Shown here one piece after another: positions 15,001 through 30,000 of a DNA stretch of 64,000 nt. How positions within the stretch are numbered: position 1 is the first letter of the stretch; every line of letters starts with the position of its first letter. A model generated the notes under the pieces. The model was given only the letters and a program-made list of their open reading frames with translations. It made no database searches and had not been told where the DNA came from. The DNA comes from Eledone cirrhosa (Eukaryota): positions 397,172,001 through 397,236,000 of the forward strand of contig OZ024741.1 of assembly GCA_964016885.1 (NCBI GenBank). Direction: 5' to 3'. The position numbers and the translations under genes were made by a program.

Positions 15001-18000
15001 ACTGACCGTGGTCATTGGAGCACTTTGGCTGCCTCATGTGTCTCAAGACATAGATATAACTGACGTTGTCATTGAAGCACTTTGGCTACCTCATGTGTCT
15101 CAAGACATAGATGTAACTGACCGTGGTCATTGGAGCACTTTGGCTGCCTCATGTGTCTCAAGACATAGATGTAACTGACCGTGGTCATTAGAGCACTTTG
15201 GCTGCCTCATGTGTCTCAAGACATAGATGTAACTGACCGTGGTCATTGGAGCACTTTGGCTGCCTCATGTGTCTCAAGACATAGATGTAACTGACCGTGG
15301 TCATTGGAGCACTTTGGCTACCTCATGTGTCTCAAGACATAGATGTAACTGACCGTGGTCATTGGAGCACTTTGGCTGCCTCATGTGTCTCAAGACATAG
15401 ATGTAACTGACCGTGGTCATTGGAGCACTTTGGCTGCCTCATGTGTCTCAAGACATAGATGTAACTGACCGTGGTCATTGGAGCACTTTGGCTGCCTCAT
15501 GTGTCTCAAGACATAGATATAGCTGACGTTGTCATTGAAGCACTTTGGCTGCCTCATGTGTCTCAAGACATAGATGTAACTGACCGTGGTCATTGGAGCA
15601 CTTTGGCTGCCTCATGTGTCTCAAGACATAGATGTAACTGACCGTGGTCATTGAAGCACTTTGGCTGCCTCATGTGTCTCAAGACATAGATGTAACTGAC
15701 CGTGGTCATTGGAGCACTTTGGCTGCCTCATGTGTCTCAAGACATAGATATAACTTACGTTGTCATTGAAGCACTTTGGCTGCCTCATGTGTCTCAAGAC
15801 ATAGATGTAACTGACCGTGGTCATTGGAGCACTTTGGCTGCCTCATGTGTCTCAAGACATAGATGTATCTGACAGTGGTCATTGGAGCACTTTGGCTGCT
15901 CCATGTGTCTCAAGACATAGATGTAACTGACGTGGTCATTAGAGCACTTTGGCTGCCTCATGTGTCTCAAGACAGATGTAACTGACCGTGGTCATTAGAG
16001 CACTTTGGCTGCCTCATGTGTCTCAAGACATAGATGTAACTGACCGTGGTCATTGGAGCACTTTGGCTGCCTCATGTGTCTCAAGACATAGATATAACTG
16101 ACGTGGTCATTGGAGCACTTTGGCTGCCTCATGTGTCTCAAGACATAGATGTAACTGACTGTGGTCATTGGAGCACTTTGGCTGCCTCATGTGTCTCAAG
16201 ACATAGATGTAAATGACCGTGGTCATTGGAGCACTTTGGCTGCCTCATGTGTCTCAAGACATAGATGTAACTGACCGTGGTCATTAGAGCACTTTGGCTG
16301 CCTCATGTGTCTCAAGACATAGATGTAACTGACCGTGGTCTTTGGAGCACTTTGGCTGCCTCATGTGTCTCAAGACATAGATATAACTGACGTGGTCATT
16401 GGAGCACTTTGGCTGCCTCATGTGTCTCAAGACATAGATGTAACTGACCGTGGTCATTGGAGCACTTTGGCTGCCTCATGTGTCTCAAGACATAGATATA
16501 ACTGACGTTGTCATTGAAGCACTTTGGCTACCTCATGTGTCTCAAGACATAGATGTAACTGACCGTGGTCATTGGAGCACTTTGGCTGCCTCATGTGTCT
16601 CAAGACATAGATGTAACTGACCGTGGTCATTAGAGCACTTTGGCTGCCTCATGTGTCTCAAGACATAGATGTAACTGACCGTGGTCATTGGAGCACTTTG
16701 GCTGCCTCATGTGTCTCAAGACATAGATGTAACTGACCGTGGTCATTGGAGCACTTTGGCTACCTCATGTGTCTCAAGACATAGATGTAACTGACCGTGG
16801 TCATTGGAGCACTTTGGCTGCCTCATGTGTCTCAAGACATAGATGTAACTGACCGTGGTCATTGGAGCACTTTGGCTGCCTCATGTGTCTCAAGACATAG
16901 ATGTAACTGACCGTGGTCATTGGAGCACTTTGGCTGCCTCATGTGTCTCAAGACATAGATATAGCTGACGTTGTCATTGAAGCACTTTGGCTGCCTCATG
17001 TGTCTCAAGACATAGATGTAACTGACCGTGGTCATTGGAGCACTTTGGCTGCCTCATGTGTCTCAAGACATAGATGTAACTGACCGTGGTCATTGAAGCA
17101 CTTTGGCTGCCTCATGTGTCTCAAGACATAGATGTAACTGACCGTGGTCATTGGAGCACTTTGGCTGCCTCATGTGTCTCAAGACATAGATATAACTTAC
17201 GTTGTCATTGAAGCACTTTGGCTGCCTCATGTGTCTCAAGACATAGATGTAACTGACCGTGGTCATTGGAGCACTTTGGCTGCCTCATGTGTCTCAAGAC
17301 ATAGATGTAACTGACCGTGGTCATTAGAGCACTTTGGCTGCCTCATGTGTCTCAAGACATAGATGTAACTGACGTGGTCATTGGATCACTTTGGCTGCCT
17401 CATGTGTCTCAAGACATAGATGTAACTGACAGTGGTCATTGGAGCACTTTGGCTGCCTCATGTGTCTCAAGACATAGATGTAACTGACCGTGGTCATTGG
17501 AGCACTTTGGCTGCCTCATGTGTCTCAAGACATAGATGTAACTGACCGTGGTCATTAGAGCACTTTGGCTGCCTCATGTGTCTCAAGACATAGATGTAAC
17601 TGACGTGGTTTGGAGCACTTTGGCTGCCTCATGTGTCTCAAGACATAGATGTAACTGACCGTGGTCATTAGAGCACTTTGGCTGCCTCATGTGTCTCAAG
17701 ACATAGATGTAACTGACCGTGGTCATTGGAGCACTTTGGCTGCTCCATGTGTCTCAAGACATAGATGTAACTGACCGTGGTCATTAGAGCACTTTGGCTG
17801 CCTCATGTGCCTCAAGACATAAATGTAACTGACCGTGGTCATTAGAGCACTTTGGCTGCCTCATGTGTCTCAAGACATAGATGTAACTGACCGTGGTCAT
17901 TGGAGCACTTTGGCTGCCTCATGTGTCTCAAGACATAGATATAACTGACGTGGTCATTGGAGCACTTTGGCTGCCTCATGTGTCTCAAGACATAGATGTA

Positions 18001-21000
18001 ACTGACTGTGGTCATTGGAGCACTTTGTCTGCCTCATGTGTCTCAAGACATAGATGTAAATGACCGTGGTCATTGGAGCACTTTGGCTGCCTCATGTGTC
18101 TCAAGACATAGATGTAACTGACCGTGGTCATTAGAGCACTTTGGCTGCCTCATGTGTCTCAAGACATATATGTAACTGACCGTGGTCATTGGAGCACTTT
18201 GGCTGCCTCATGTGTCTCAAGACATAGATATAACTGACGTGGTCATTGGAGCACTTTGGCTGCCTCATGTGTCTCAAGACATAGATGTAACTGACTGTGG
18301 TCATTGGAACACTTTGGCTGCCTCATGTGTCTCAAGACATAGATGTAACTGACCGTGGTCATTGGAGCACTTTGGCTGCCTCATGTGTCTCAAGACATAG
18401 ATATAACTGACGTGGTCATTGGAGCACTTTGGCTGCCTCGTGTGTCTCAAGACATAGATGTAACTGACCGTGGTCATTAGAGCACTTTGGCTGCCTCATG
18501 TGTCTCAAGACATAGACGTAACTGACCGTGGTCATTTGAGCACTTTGGCTGCCTCATGTGTCTTAAGACATAGATGTAACTGACGTGGTCATTAGAGCAC
18601 TTTGGCTGCCTCATGTGTCTTAAGACATAGATGTAACTGACGTGGTCATTGGAGCACTTTGGCTGCCTCGTGTGTCTCAAGACATAGATGTAACTGACCG
18701 TGGTCATTAGAGCACTTTGGCTGCCTCATGTGTCTCAAGACATAGACGTAACTGACCGTGGTCATTTGAGCACTTTGGCTGCCTCATGTGTCTCAAGACA
18801 TAGATGTAACTGACAGTGGTCATTGGAGCACTTTGGCTGCCTCATGTGTCTCAAGACATAGATATAACTGACCGTGGTCATTAGAGCACTTTGGCTGCCT
18901 CATGTGTCTCAAGACATAGATGTAACTGACCGTGGTCATTGGAGCACTTTGGCTGCCTCATGTGTCTCAAAACATAGATGTAACTGACCGTGGTCATTGG
19001 AACACTTTGGCTGCCTCATGTGTCTCAAGACATAGATGTAACTGACCGTGGTCATTAGAGCACTTTGGCTGCCTCATGTGTCTCAAGACATAGATGTAAC
19101 TGACCGTGGTCATTGGAGCACTTTGGCTGCCTCATGTGTCTCAAGACATAGATGTAACTGACCGTGGTCATTATAGCACTTTGGGTGCCTCATGTGTCTC
19201 AAGACATAGATGTAACTGACGTGGTCATTGGAGCACTTTGGCTGCCTCATGTGTCTCAAGACATAGATGTAACTGACCGTGGTCATTAGAGCACTTTGGC
19301 TGCCTCATGTGTCTCAAGACATAGATGTAACTGACCGTGGTCATTGAAGCACTTTGGCTGCTCCATGTGTCTCAAGACATAGATGTAACTGACGTGGTCA
19401 TTAGAGCACTTTGGCTGCCTCATGTGTCTCAAGACATAGATGTAACTGACCGTGGTCATTAGAGCACTTTGGCTGCCTCATGTGTCTCATGACATAGATG
19501 TAACTGACCGTGGTCATTGGAGCACTTTGGCTGCCTCATGTGTCTCAAGACATAGATATAACTGACGTGGTCATTGGAGCACTTTGGCTGCCTCATGTGT
19601 CTCAAGACATAGATGTGACTGACTGTGGTCATTGGAGCACTTTGGCTGCCTCATGAGTCTCAAGACATAGATATAACTGACGTGGTCATTGGAGCACTTT
19701 GGCTGCCTCATGTGTCTCAAGACATAGATGTAACTGACCGTGGTCATTAGAGCACTTTGGCTGCCTCATGTGTCTCAAGACATAGATGTAACTGACCGTG
19801 GTCATTAGAGCACTTTGGCTGCCTCATGTGTCTCAAGACATAGATGTAACTGACCGTGGTCATTAGAGCACTTTGGCTGCCACATGTGTCTCAAGACATA
19901 GATGTAACTGACCGTGGTCATTGGAGCACTTTGGCTGCCTCATGTGTCTCAAGACATAGATATAACTGACGTTGTCATTGGAGCACTTTGGCTGGCTCAT
20001 GTGTCTCAAGACATAGATGTGACTGACTGTGGTCATTGGAGCACTTTGGCTGCCTCATGTGTCTCAAGACATAGATGTAACTGACCGTGGTCATTGGAGC
20101 ACTTTGGCTGCCTCATGTGTCTCAAGACATAGATATAACTGACGTTGTCATTGAAGCACTTTGGCTGCCTCATGTGTCTCAAGACATAGATGTAACTGAC
20201 CGTGGTCATTGGAGCACTTTGGCTGCCTCATGTGTCTCAAGACATAGATATAACTGACGTTGTCATTGAAGCACTTTGGCTGCCTCATGTGTCTCAAGAC
20301 ATAGATGTAACTGACCGTGGTCATTGGAGCACTTTGGCTGCCTCATGTGTCTCAAGACATAGATGTAACTGACGTGGTCATTGGAGCACTTTGGCTGCCT
20401 CATGTGTCTCAAGACATAGATGTAACTGACCGTGGTCATTGGAGCACTTTGGCTGCCTCATGTGTCTCAAGACATAGATGTAACTGACCGTGGTCATTAG
20501 AGCACTTTGGCTGCCTCATGTGTCTCAAGACATAGATGTAACTGACGTGGTCATTGGAGCACTTTGGCTGCCTCATGTGTCTCAAGACATAGATGTAACT
20601 GACGTGGTCATTGGATCACTTTGGCTGCCTCATGTGTCTCAAGACATAGATGTAACTGACAGTGGTCATTGGAGCACTTTGGCTGCCTCATGTGTCTCAA
20701 GACATAGATGTAACTGACCGTGGTCATTGGAGCACTTTGGCTGCCTCATGTGTCTCAAGACATAGATGTAACTGACCGTGGTCATTAGAGCACTTTGGCT
20801 GACTCATGTATCTCAAGACATAGATGTAACTGACGTGGTCATTGGAGCACTTTGGCTGCCTCATGTGTCTCAAGACATAGATGAAACTGACCGTGGTCAT
20901 TAGAGCACTTTGGCTGCCTCATGTGTCTCAAGACATAGATGTAACTGACCGTGGTCATTGGAGCACTTTGGCTGCTCCATGTGTCTCAAGACATAGATGT

Positions 21001-24000
21001 AACTGACCGTGGTCATTAGAGCACTTTGGCTGCCTCATGTGTCTCAAGACATAAATGTAACTGACCGTGGTCATTAGAGCACTTTGGCTGCCTCATGTGT
21101 CTCAAGACATAGATGTAACTGACCGTGGTCATTGGAGCATTTTGGCTGCCTCATGTGTCTCAAGACATAGATATAACTGACGTGGTCATTGGAGCACTTT
21201 GGCTGCCTCATGTGTCTCAAGACATAGATGTAACTGACTGTGGTCATTGGAGCACTTTGGCTGCCTCATGTGTCTCAAGACATAGATGTAAATGACCGTG
21301 GTCATTAGAGCACTTTGGCTGCCTCGTGTGTCTCAAGACATAGATGTAACTGACAGTGGTCATTAGAGCACTTTGGCTGCCTCATGTGTCTCAAGACATA
21401 GATGTAACTGACCGTGGTCATTAGAGCACTTTGGCTGCCTCATGTGTCTCAAGACATATATGTAACTGACCGTGGTCATTGGAGCACTTTGGCTGCCTCA
21501 TGTGTCTCAAGACATAGATATAACTGACGTGGTCATTGGAGCACTTTAGCTGCCTCATGTGTCTCAAGACATAGATGTAACTGACCGTGGTCATTAGAGC
21601 ACTTTGGGTGCCTCATGTGTCTCAAGACATAGATGTAACTGACCGTGGTCATTAGAGCACTTTGGCTGCCTCATGTGTCTTAAGACATAGATGTAACTGA
21701 CGTGGTCATTGGATCACTTTGGCTGCCTCATGTGTCTCAAGACATAGATGTAACTGACAGTGGTCATTGGAGCACTTTGGCTGCCTCATGTGTCTCAAGA
21801 CATAGATGTAACTGACCGTGGTCATTAGAGCACTTTGGCTGCCTCATGTGTCTCAAGACATAGATGTAACTGACCGTGGTCATTGGAGCACTTTGGCTGA
21901 CTCATGTGTCTCAAGACATAGATGTAACTGACCGTGGTCATTAGAGCACTTTGGCTGCCTCATGTGTCTCAAGACATAGATGTAAATGACGTGGTCATTG
22001 GAGCACTTTGGCTGCCACATGTGTCTCAAGACATAGATGTAACTGACCGTGGTCATTAGAGCACTTTGGCTGCCTCATGTGTCTCAAGACATAGATGTAA
22101 CTGACCGTGGTCATTGGAGCACTTTGGCTGCTCCATGTGTCTCAAGACATAGATGTAACTGACGTGGTCATTAGAGCACTTTGGCTGCCTCATGTGTCTC
22201 AAGACATAGATGTAACTGACCGTGGTCATTAGAGCACTTTGGCTGCCTCATGTGTCTCAAGACATAGATGTAACTGACCGTGGTCATTGGAGCACTTTGG
22301 CTGCCTCATGTGTCTCAAGACATAGATATAACTGACGTGGTCATTGGAGCACTTTGGCTGCCTCATGTGTCTCAAGACATAGATGTGACTGACTGTGGTC
22401 ATTGGAGCACTTTGGCTGCCTCGTGTGTCTCAAGACATAGATATAACTGACGTGGTCATTGGAGCACTTTGGCTGCCTCATGTGTCTCCATACATAGATG
22501 TAACTGACCGTGGTCATTAGAGCACTTTCTCTGCCTCATGTGTCTCAAGACATAGATGTAACTGACTGTGGTCATTGGAGCACTTTGGCTGCCTCATTTG
22601 TCTCAAGACATAGATATAACTGACGTGGTCATTAGAACACTTTGGCTGCCTCATGTGTCTCAAGACATAGATGTAACTGACCGTGGTCATTAGAGCACTT
22701 TGGCTGCCTCATGTGTCTCAAGACATAGATGTAACTGACCGTGGTCATTGGAGCACTTTGGCTGCCTCATGTGTCTCAAGACATAGATGTAACTGACCAT
22801 GGTCATTAGAGCACTTTGGCTGCCTCATGTGTCTCAAGACATAGATGTAACTGACCGTGGTCATTGGAGCACTTTGGCTGCCTCATGTGTCTCAAGTCAT
22901 AGATGTAACTGACCGTGGTCATTAGAGCACTTTGGGTGGCTGTTGAGTCTCAAGACATAGATGTAACTGACCGTGGTCATTAGAGCACTTTGGCTGCCTC
23001 ATGTGTCTCAAGAGATAGATGTAACTGACTGTGGTCATTGGAGCACTTTGGCTGCCTCGTGTGTCTCAAGAGATAGATGTAACTGACCGTGGTCATTAGA
23101 GCACTTTGGCTGCTTCATGTGTCTCAAGACATAGATGTAACTGACTGTGGTCATTGGAGCACTTTGGCTTCCTCATGTGTCTCAAGAGATAGATGTAACT
23201 GACTGTGGTCATTGGAGCACTTTGGCTGCCTCATGTGTCTCAAGACATAGATGTAACTGACTGTGGTCATTGGAGCACTTTGGCTGCCTCATGTGTCTCA
23301 AGACATAGATGTAACTGACCGTGGTCATTAGAGCACTTTGGCTGCCTCATGTGTCTTAAGACATAGATGTAACTGACGTGGTCATTGAATCACTTTGGCT
23401 GCCTCATGTGTCTCAAGACATAGATGTAACTGACAGTGGTCATTGGAGCACTTTGGCTGCTCCATGTGTCTCAAGACATAGATGTAACTGACGTGGTCAT
23501 TAGAGCACTTTGGCTGCCTCATGTGTCTCAAGACATAGATGTAACTGACCGTGGTCATTAGAGCACTTTGGCTGCCTCATGTGTCTCAAGACATAGATGT
23601 AACTGACCGTGGTCATTGGAGCACTTTGGCTGCCTCATGTGTCTCAAGACATAGATATAACTGACGTGGTCATTGGAGCACTTTGGCTGCCTCATGTGTC
23701 TCAAGACATAGATGTAACTGACCGTGGTCATTGGAGCACTTTGGCTACCTCATGTGTCTCAAGACATAGATGTAACTGACCGTGGTCATTAGAGCACTTT
23801 GGCTGCCTCATGTGTCTCAAGACATAGATGTAACTGACGTGGTCATTGGAGCACTTTGGCTGCCTCATGTGTCTCAAGACATAGATGTAACTGACGTGGT
23901 CATTGGAGCACTTTGGCTGCCTCATGTGTCTCAAGACATAGATGTAACTGACCGTTATCATTGGAGCACTTTGGCTGCCTCATGTGTCTCAAGACATAGA

Positions 24001-27000
24001 TGTAACTGGCCGTGGTCATTAGAGCACTTTGGCTGCCTCATGTGTCTCAAGACATAGATGTAACTGACGTGGTCATTGGATCACTTTGGCTGCCTCATGT
24101 GTCTCAAGACATAGATGTAACTGACCGTGGTCATTAGAGCACTTTGGCTGGCTCATGTGTCTCAAGACATAGATGTAACTGACCGTGGTCATTGGAGCAC
24201 TTTGGCTGCTCCATGTGTCTCAAGACATAGATGTAACTGACGTGGTCATTAGAGCACTTTGGCTGCCTCATGTGTCACAAGACATAGATATAACTGACGT
24301 GGTCATTAGAACACTTTGGCTGCCTCATGTGTCTCAAGACATAGATGTAACTGACCGTGGTCATTAGAGCACTTTGGCTGCCTCATGTGTCTCAAGACAT
24401 AGATGTAACTGACCGTGGTCATTGGAGCACTTTGGCTGCCTCATGTGTCTCAAGACATAGATGTAACTGACCATGGTCATTAGAGCACTTTGGCTGCCTC
24501 ATGTGTCTCAAGACATAGATGTAACTGACCGTGGTCATTGGAGCACTTTGGCTGCCTCATGTGTCTCAAGTCATAGATGTAACTGACCGTGGTCATTAGA
24601 GCACTTTGGGTGGCTGTTGAGTCTCAAGACATAGATGTAACTGACCGTGGTCATTAGAGCACTTTGGCTGCCTCATGTGTCTCAAGAGATAGATGTAACT
24701 GACTGTGGTCATTGGAGCACTTTGGCTGCCTCGTGTGTCTCAAGAGATAGATGTAACTGACCGTGGTCATTAGAGCACTTTGGCTGCTTCATGTGTCTCA
24801 AGACATAGATGTAACTGACTGTGGTCATTGGAGCACTTTGGCTTCCTCATGTGTCTCAAGAGATAGATGTAACTGACTGTGGTCATTGGAGCACTTTGGC
24901 TGCCTCATGTGTCTCAAGACATAGATGTAACTGACTCTGGTCATTGGAGCACTTTGGCTGCCTCATGTGTCTCAAGACATAGATGTAACTGACCGTGGTC
25001 ATTAGAGCACTTTGGCTGCCTCATGTGTCTTAAGACATAGATGTAACTGACGTGGTCATTGAATCACTTTGGCTGCCTCATGTGTCTCAAGACATAGATG
25101 TAACTGACAGTGGTCATTGGAGCACTTTGGCTGCTCCATGTGTCTCAAGACATAGATGTAACTGACGTGGTCATTAGAGCACTTTGGCTGCCTCATGTGT
25201 CTCAAGACATAGATGTAACTGACCGTGGTCATTAGAGCACTTTGGCTGCCTCATGTGTCTCAAGACATAGATGTAACTGACCGTGGTCATTGGAGCACTT
25301 TGGCTGCCTCATGTGTCTCAAGACATAGATATAACTGACGTGGTCATTGGAGCACTTTGGCTGCCTCATGTGTCTCAAGACATAGATGTAACTGACCGTG
25401 GTCATTGGAGCACTTTGGCTACCTCATGTGTCTCAAGACATAGATGTAACTGACCGTGGTCATTAGAGCACTTTGGCTGCCTCATGTGTCTCAAGACATA
25501 GATGTAACTGACGTGGTCATTGGAGCACTTTGGCTGCCTCATGTGTCTCAAGACATAGATGTAACTGACGTGGTCATTGGAGCACTTTGGCTGCCTCGTG
25601 TGTCTCAAGACATAGATGTAACTGACCGTTATCATTGGAGCACTTTGGCTGCCTCATGTGTCTCAAGACATAGATGTAACTGGCCGTGGTCATTAGAGCA
25701 CTTTGGCTGCCTCATGTGTCTCAAGACATAGATGTAACTGACGTGGTCATTGGATCACTTTGGCTGCCTCATGTGTCTCAAGACATAGATGTAACTGACC
25801 GTGGTCATTAGAGCACTTTGGCTGGCTCATGTGTCTCAAGACATAGATGTAACTGACCGTGGTCATTGGAGCACTTTGGCTGCTCCATGTGTCTCAAGAC
25901 ATAGATGTAACTGACGTGGTCATTAGAGCACTTTGGCTGCCTCATGTGTCACAAGACATAGATGTAACTGACTGTGGTCATTAGAGCACTTTGGCTGCCT
26001 CATGTGTCTCAAGACATAGATGTAACTGACCGTGGTCATTAGAGCACTTTGGCTGCCTCATGTGTCTCAAGACATAGATGTAACTGACCGTGGTCATTAG
26101 AGCACTTTGGCTGCCTCATGTGTCTCAAGACATAGATGTAACTGACGTGGTCATTGGAGCACTTTGGCTGCCTCATGTGTCTCAAGACATAGATGTAACT
26201 GACGTGGTCATTGGATCACTTTGGCTGCCTCATGTGTCTCAAGACATAGATGTAACTGACAGTGGTCATTGGAGCACTTTGGCTGCCTCATGTGTCTCAA
26301 GACATAGATGTAACTGACCGTGGTCATTGGAGCACTTTGGCTGCCTCATGTGTCTCAAGACATAGATGTAACTGACCGTGGTCATTAGAGCACTTTGGCT
26401 GCCTCATGTGTCTCAAGACATAGATGTAACTGACGTGGTCATTGGAGCACTTTGGCTGCCTCATGTGTCTCAAGACATAGATGTAACTGACCGTGGTCAT
26501 TAGAGCACTTTGGCTGCCTCATGTGTCTCAAGACATTGATGTAACTGACTGTGGTCATTGGAGCACTTTGGCTGCCTCATGTGTCTCAAGACATAGATGT
26601 AACTGACTGTGGTCATTGGAGCACTTTGGCTGCCTCATGTGTCTCAAGACATAGATGTAACTGACCGTGGTCATTAGAGCACTTTGGCTGCCTCATGTGT
26701 CTTAAGACATAGATGTAACTGACGTGGTCATTGAATCACTTTGGCTGCCTCATGTGTCTCAAGACATAGATGTAACTGACAGTGGTCATTGGAGCACTTT
26801 GGCTGCTCCATGTGTCTCAAGACATAGATGTAACTGACGTGGTCATTAGAGCACTTTGGCTGCCTCATGTGTCTCAAGACATAGATGTAACTGACCGTGG
26901 TCATTAGAGCACTTTGGCTGCCTCATGTGTCTCAAGACATAGATGTAACTGACCGTGGTCATTGGAGCACTTTGGCTGCCTCATGTGTCTCAAGACATAG

Positions 27001-30000
27001 ATATAACTGACGTGGTCATTGGAGCACTTTGGCTGCCTCATGTGTCTCAAGACATAGATGTAACTGACCGTGGTCATTGGAGCACTTTGGCTACCTCATG
27101 TGTCTCAAGACATAGATGTAACTGACCGTGGTCATTAGAGCACTTTGGCTGCCTCATGTGTCTCAAGACATAGATGTAACTGACGTGGTCATTGGAGCAC
27201 TTTGGCTGCCTCATGTGTCTCAAGACATAGATGTAACTGACGTGGTCATTGGAGCACTTTGGCTGCCTCATGTGTCTCAAGACATAGATGTAACTGACGT
27301 GGTCATTAGAGCACTTTGGCTGCCTCATGTGTCTCAAGACATAGATGTAACTGACGTGGTCATTGGAGCACTTTGGCTGCCTCATGTGTCTCAAGACATA
27401 GATGTAACTGACGTGGTCATTGGAGCACTTTGGCTGCCTCATGTGTCTCAAGACATAGATGTAACTGACCGTTATCATTGGAGCACTTTGGCTGCCTCAT
27501 GTGTCTCAAGACATAGATGTAACTGACCGTGGTCATTAGAGCACTTTGGCTGCCTCATGTGTCTCAAGACATAGATGTAACTGACGTGGTCATTGGATCA
27601 CTTTGGCTGCCTCATGTGTCTCAAGACATAGATGTAACTGACCGTGGTCATTAGAGCACTTTGGCTGGCTCATGTGTCTCAAGACATAGATGTAACTGAC
27701 CGTGGTCATTGGAGCACTTTGGCTGCTCCATGTGTCTCAAGACATAGATGTAACTGACGTGGTCATTAGAGCACATTGGCTGCCTCATGTGTCACAAGAC
27801 ATAGATGTAACTGACCGTGGTCATTAGAGCACTTTGGCTGCCTCATGTGTCTCAAGACATAGATGTAACTGACCGTGGTCATTAGAGCACTTTGGCTGCC
27901 TCATGTGTCTCAAGACATAGATGTAACTGACCGTGGTCATTAGAGCACTTTGGCTGCCTCATGTGTCTCAAGACATAGATGTAACTGGCGTGGTCATTGG
28001 AGCACTTTGGCTGCCTCATGTGTCTCAAGACATAGATGTAACTGACGTGGTCATTGGATCACTTTGGCTGCCTCATGTGTCTCAAGACATAGATGTAACT
28101 GACAGTGGTAATTGGAGCACTTTGGCTGCCTCATGTGTCTCAAGACATAGATGTAACTGACCGTGGTCATTGGAGCACTTTGGCTGCCTCATGTGTCTCA
28201 AGACATAGATGTAACTGACCGTGGTCATTAGAGCACTTTGGCTGCCTCATGTGTCTCAAGACATAGATGTAACTGACGTGGTCATTGGAGCACTTTGGCT
28301 GCCTCATGTGTCTCAAGACATAGATGTAACTGACCGTGGTCATTAGAGCACTTTGGCTGCCTCATGTTTCTCAAGACATAGATGTAACTGACCGTGGTCA
28401 TTGGAGCACTTTGGCTGCTCCATGTGTCTCAAGACATAGATGTAACTGACCGTGGTCATTAGAGCACATTGGCTGCCTCATGTGTCTCAAGACATAAATG
28501 TAAATGACCGTGGTCATTAGAGCACTTTGGCTGCCTCATGTGTCTCAAGACATAGATGTAACTGACCGTGGTCATTGGAGCACTTTGGCTGCCTCATGTG
28601 TCTCAAGACATAGATATAACTGACGTGGTCATTGGAGCACTTTGGCTGCCTCATGTGTCTCAAGACATAGATGTAACTGACTGTGGTCATTGGAGCACTT
28701 TGGCTGCCTCATGTGTCTCAAGACATAGATGTAAATGACCGTGGTCATTGGAGCACTTTGGCTGCCTCATGTGTCTCAAGACATAGATGTAACTGACCGT
28801 GGTCATTAGAGCACTTTGGCTGCCTCATGTGTCTCAAGACATATATGTAACTGACCGTGGTCATTGGAGCACTTTCGCTGCCTCATGTGTCTCAAGACAT
28901 AGATGTAACTGACTGTGGTCATTGGAGCACTTTGGCTGCCTCATGTGTCTCAAGACATAGATGTAAATGACCGTGGTCATTGGAGCACTTTGGCTGCCTC
29001 ATGTGTCTCAAGACATAGATGTAACTGACCGTGGTCATTGGAGCACTTTGGCTGCCTCATGTGTCTCAAGACATAGATGTAACTGACCGTGGTCATTGGA
29101 GCACTTTGGCTGCCTCATGTGTCTCAAGACAGATATAACTGACGTGGTCATTGGAGCACTTTGGCTGCCTCATGTGTCTCAAGACATAGATGTAACTGAC
29201 CGTGGTCATTAGAGCACTTTGGCTGCCTCATGTGTCTCAAGACATAGATGTAACTGACCGTGGTCATTAGAGCACTTTGGCTGCCTCATGTGTCTTAAGA
29301 CATAGATGTAACTGACGTGGTCATTGGATCACTTTGGCTGCCTCATGTGTCTCTAGACATAGATGTAACTGACAGTGGTCATTGGAGCACTTTGGCTGCC
29401 TCATGTGTCTCAAGACATAGATGTAACTGACCGTGGTCATTAGAGCACTTTGGCTGCCTCATGTGTCTCAAGACATAGATGTAACTGACCGTGGTCATTG
29501 GAGCACTTTGGCTGCCTCATGTGTCTCAAGACATAGATGTAACTGACCGTGGTCATTAGAGCACTTTGGCTGCCTCATGTGTCTCAAGACATAGATGTAA
29601 CTGACGTGGTCATTGGAGCACTTTGGCTGCCTCATGTGTCTCAAGACATAGATGTAACTGACCGTGGTCATTAGAGCACTTTGGCTGCCTCATGTGTCTC
29701 AAGACATAGATGTAACTGACCGTGGTCATTGGAGCACTTTGGCTGCTCCATGTGTCCCAAGACATAGATGTAACTGACGTGGTCATTAGAGCACTTTGGC
29801 TGCCTCATGTGTCTCAAGCCATAGATGTAACTGACCGTGGTCATTAGAGCACTTTGGCTGCCTCATGTGTCTCAAGACATAGATGTAACTGACCGTGGTC
29901 ATTGGAGCACTTTGGCTGCCTCATGTGTCTCAAGACATAGATATAACTGACGTGGTCATTGGAGCACTTTGGCTGCCTCATGTGTCTCAAGACATAGATG

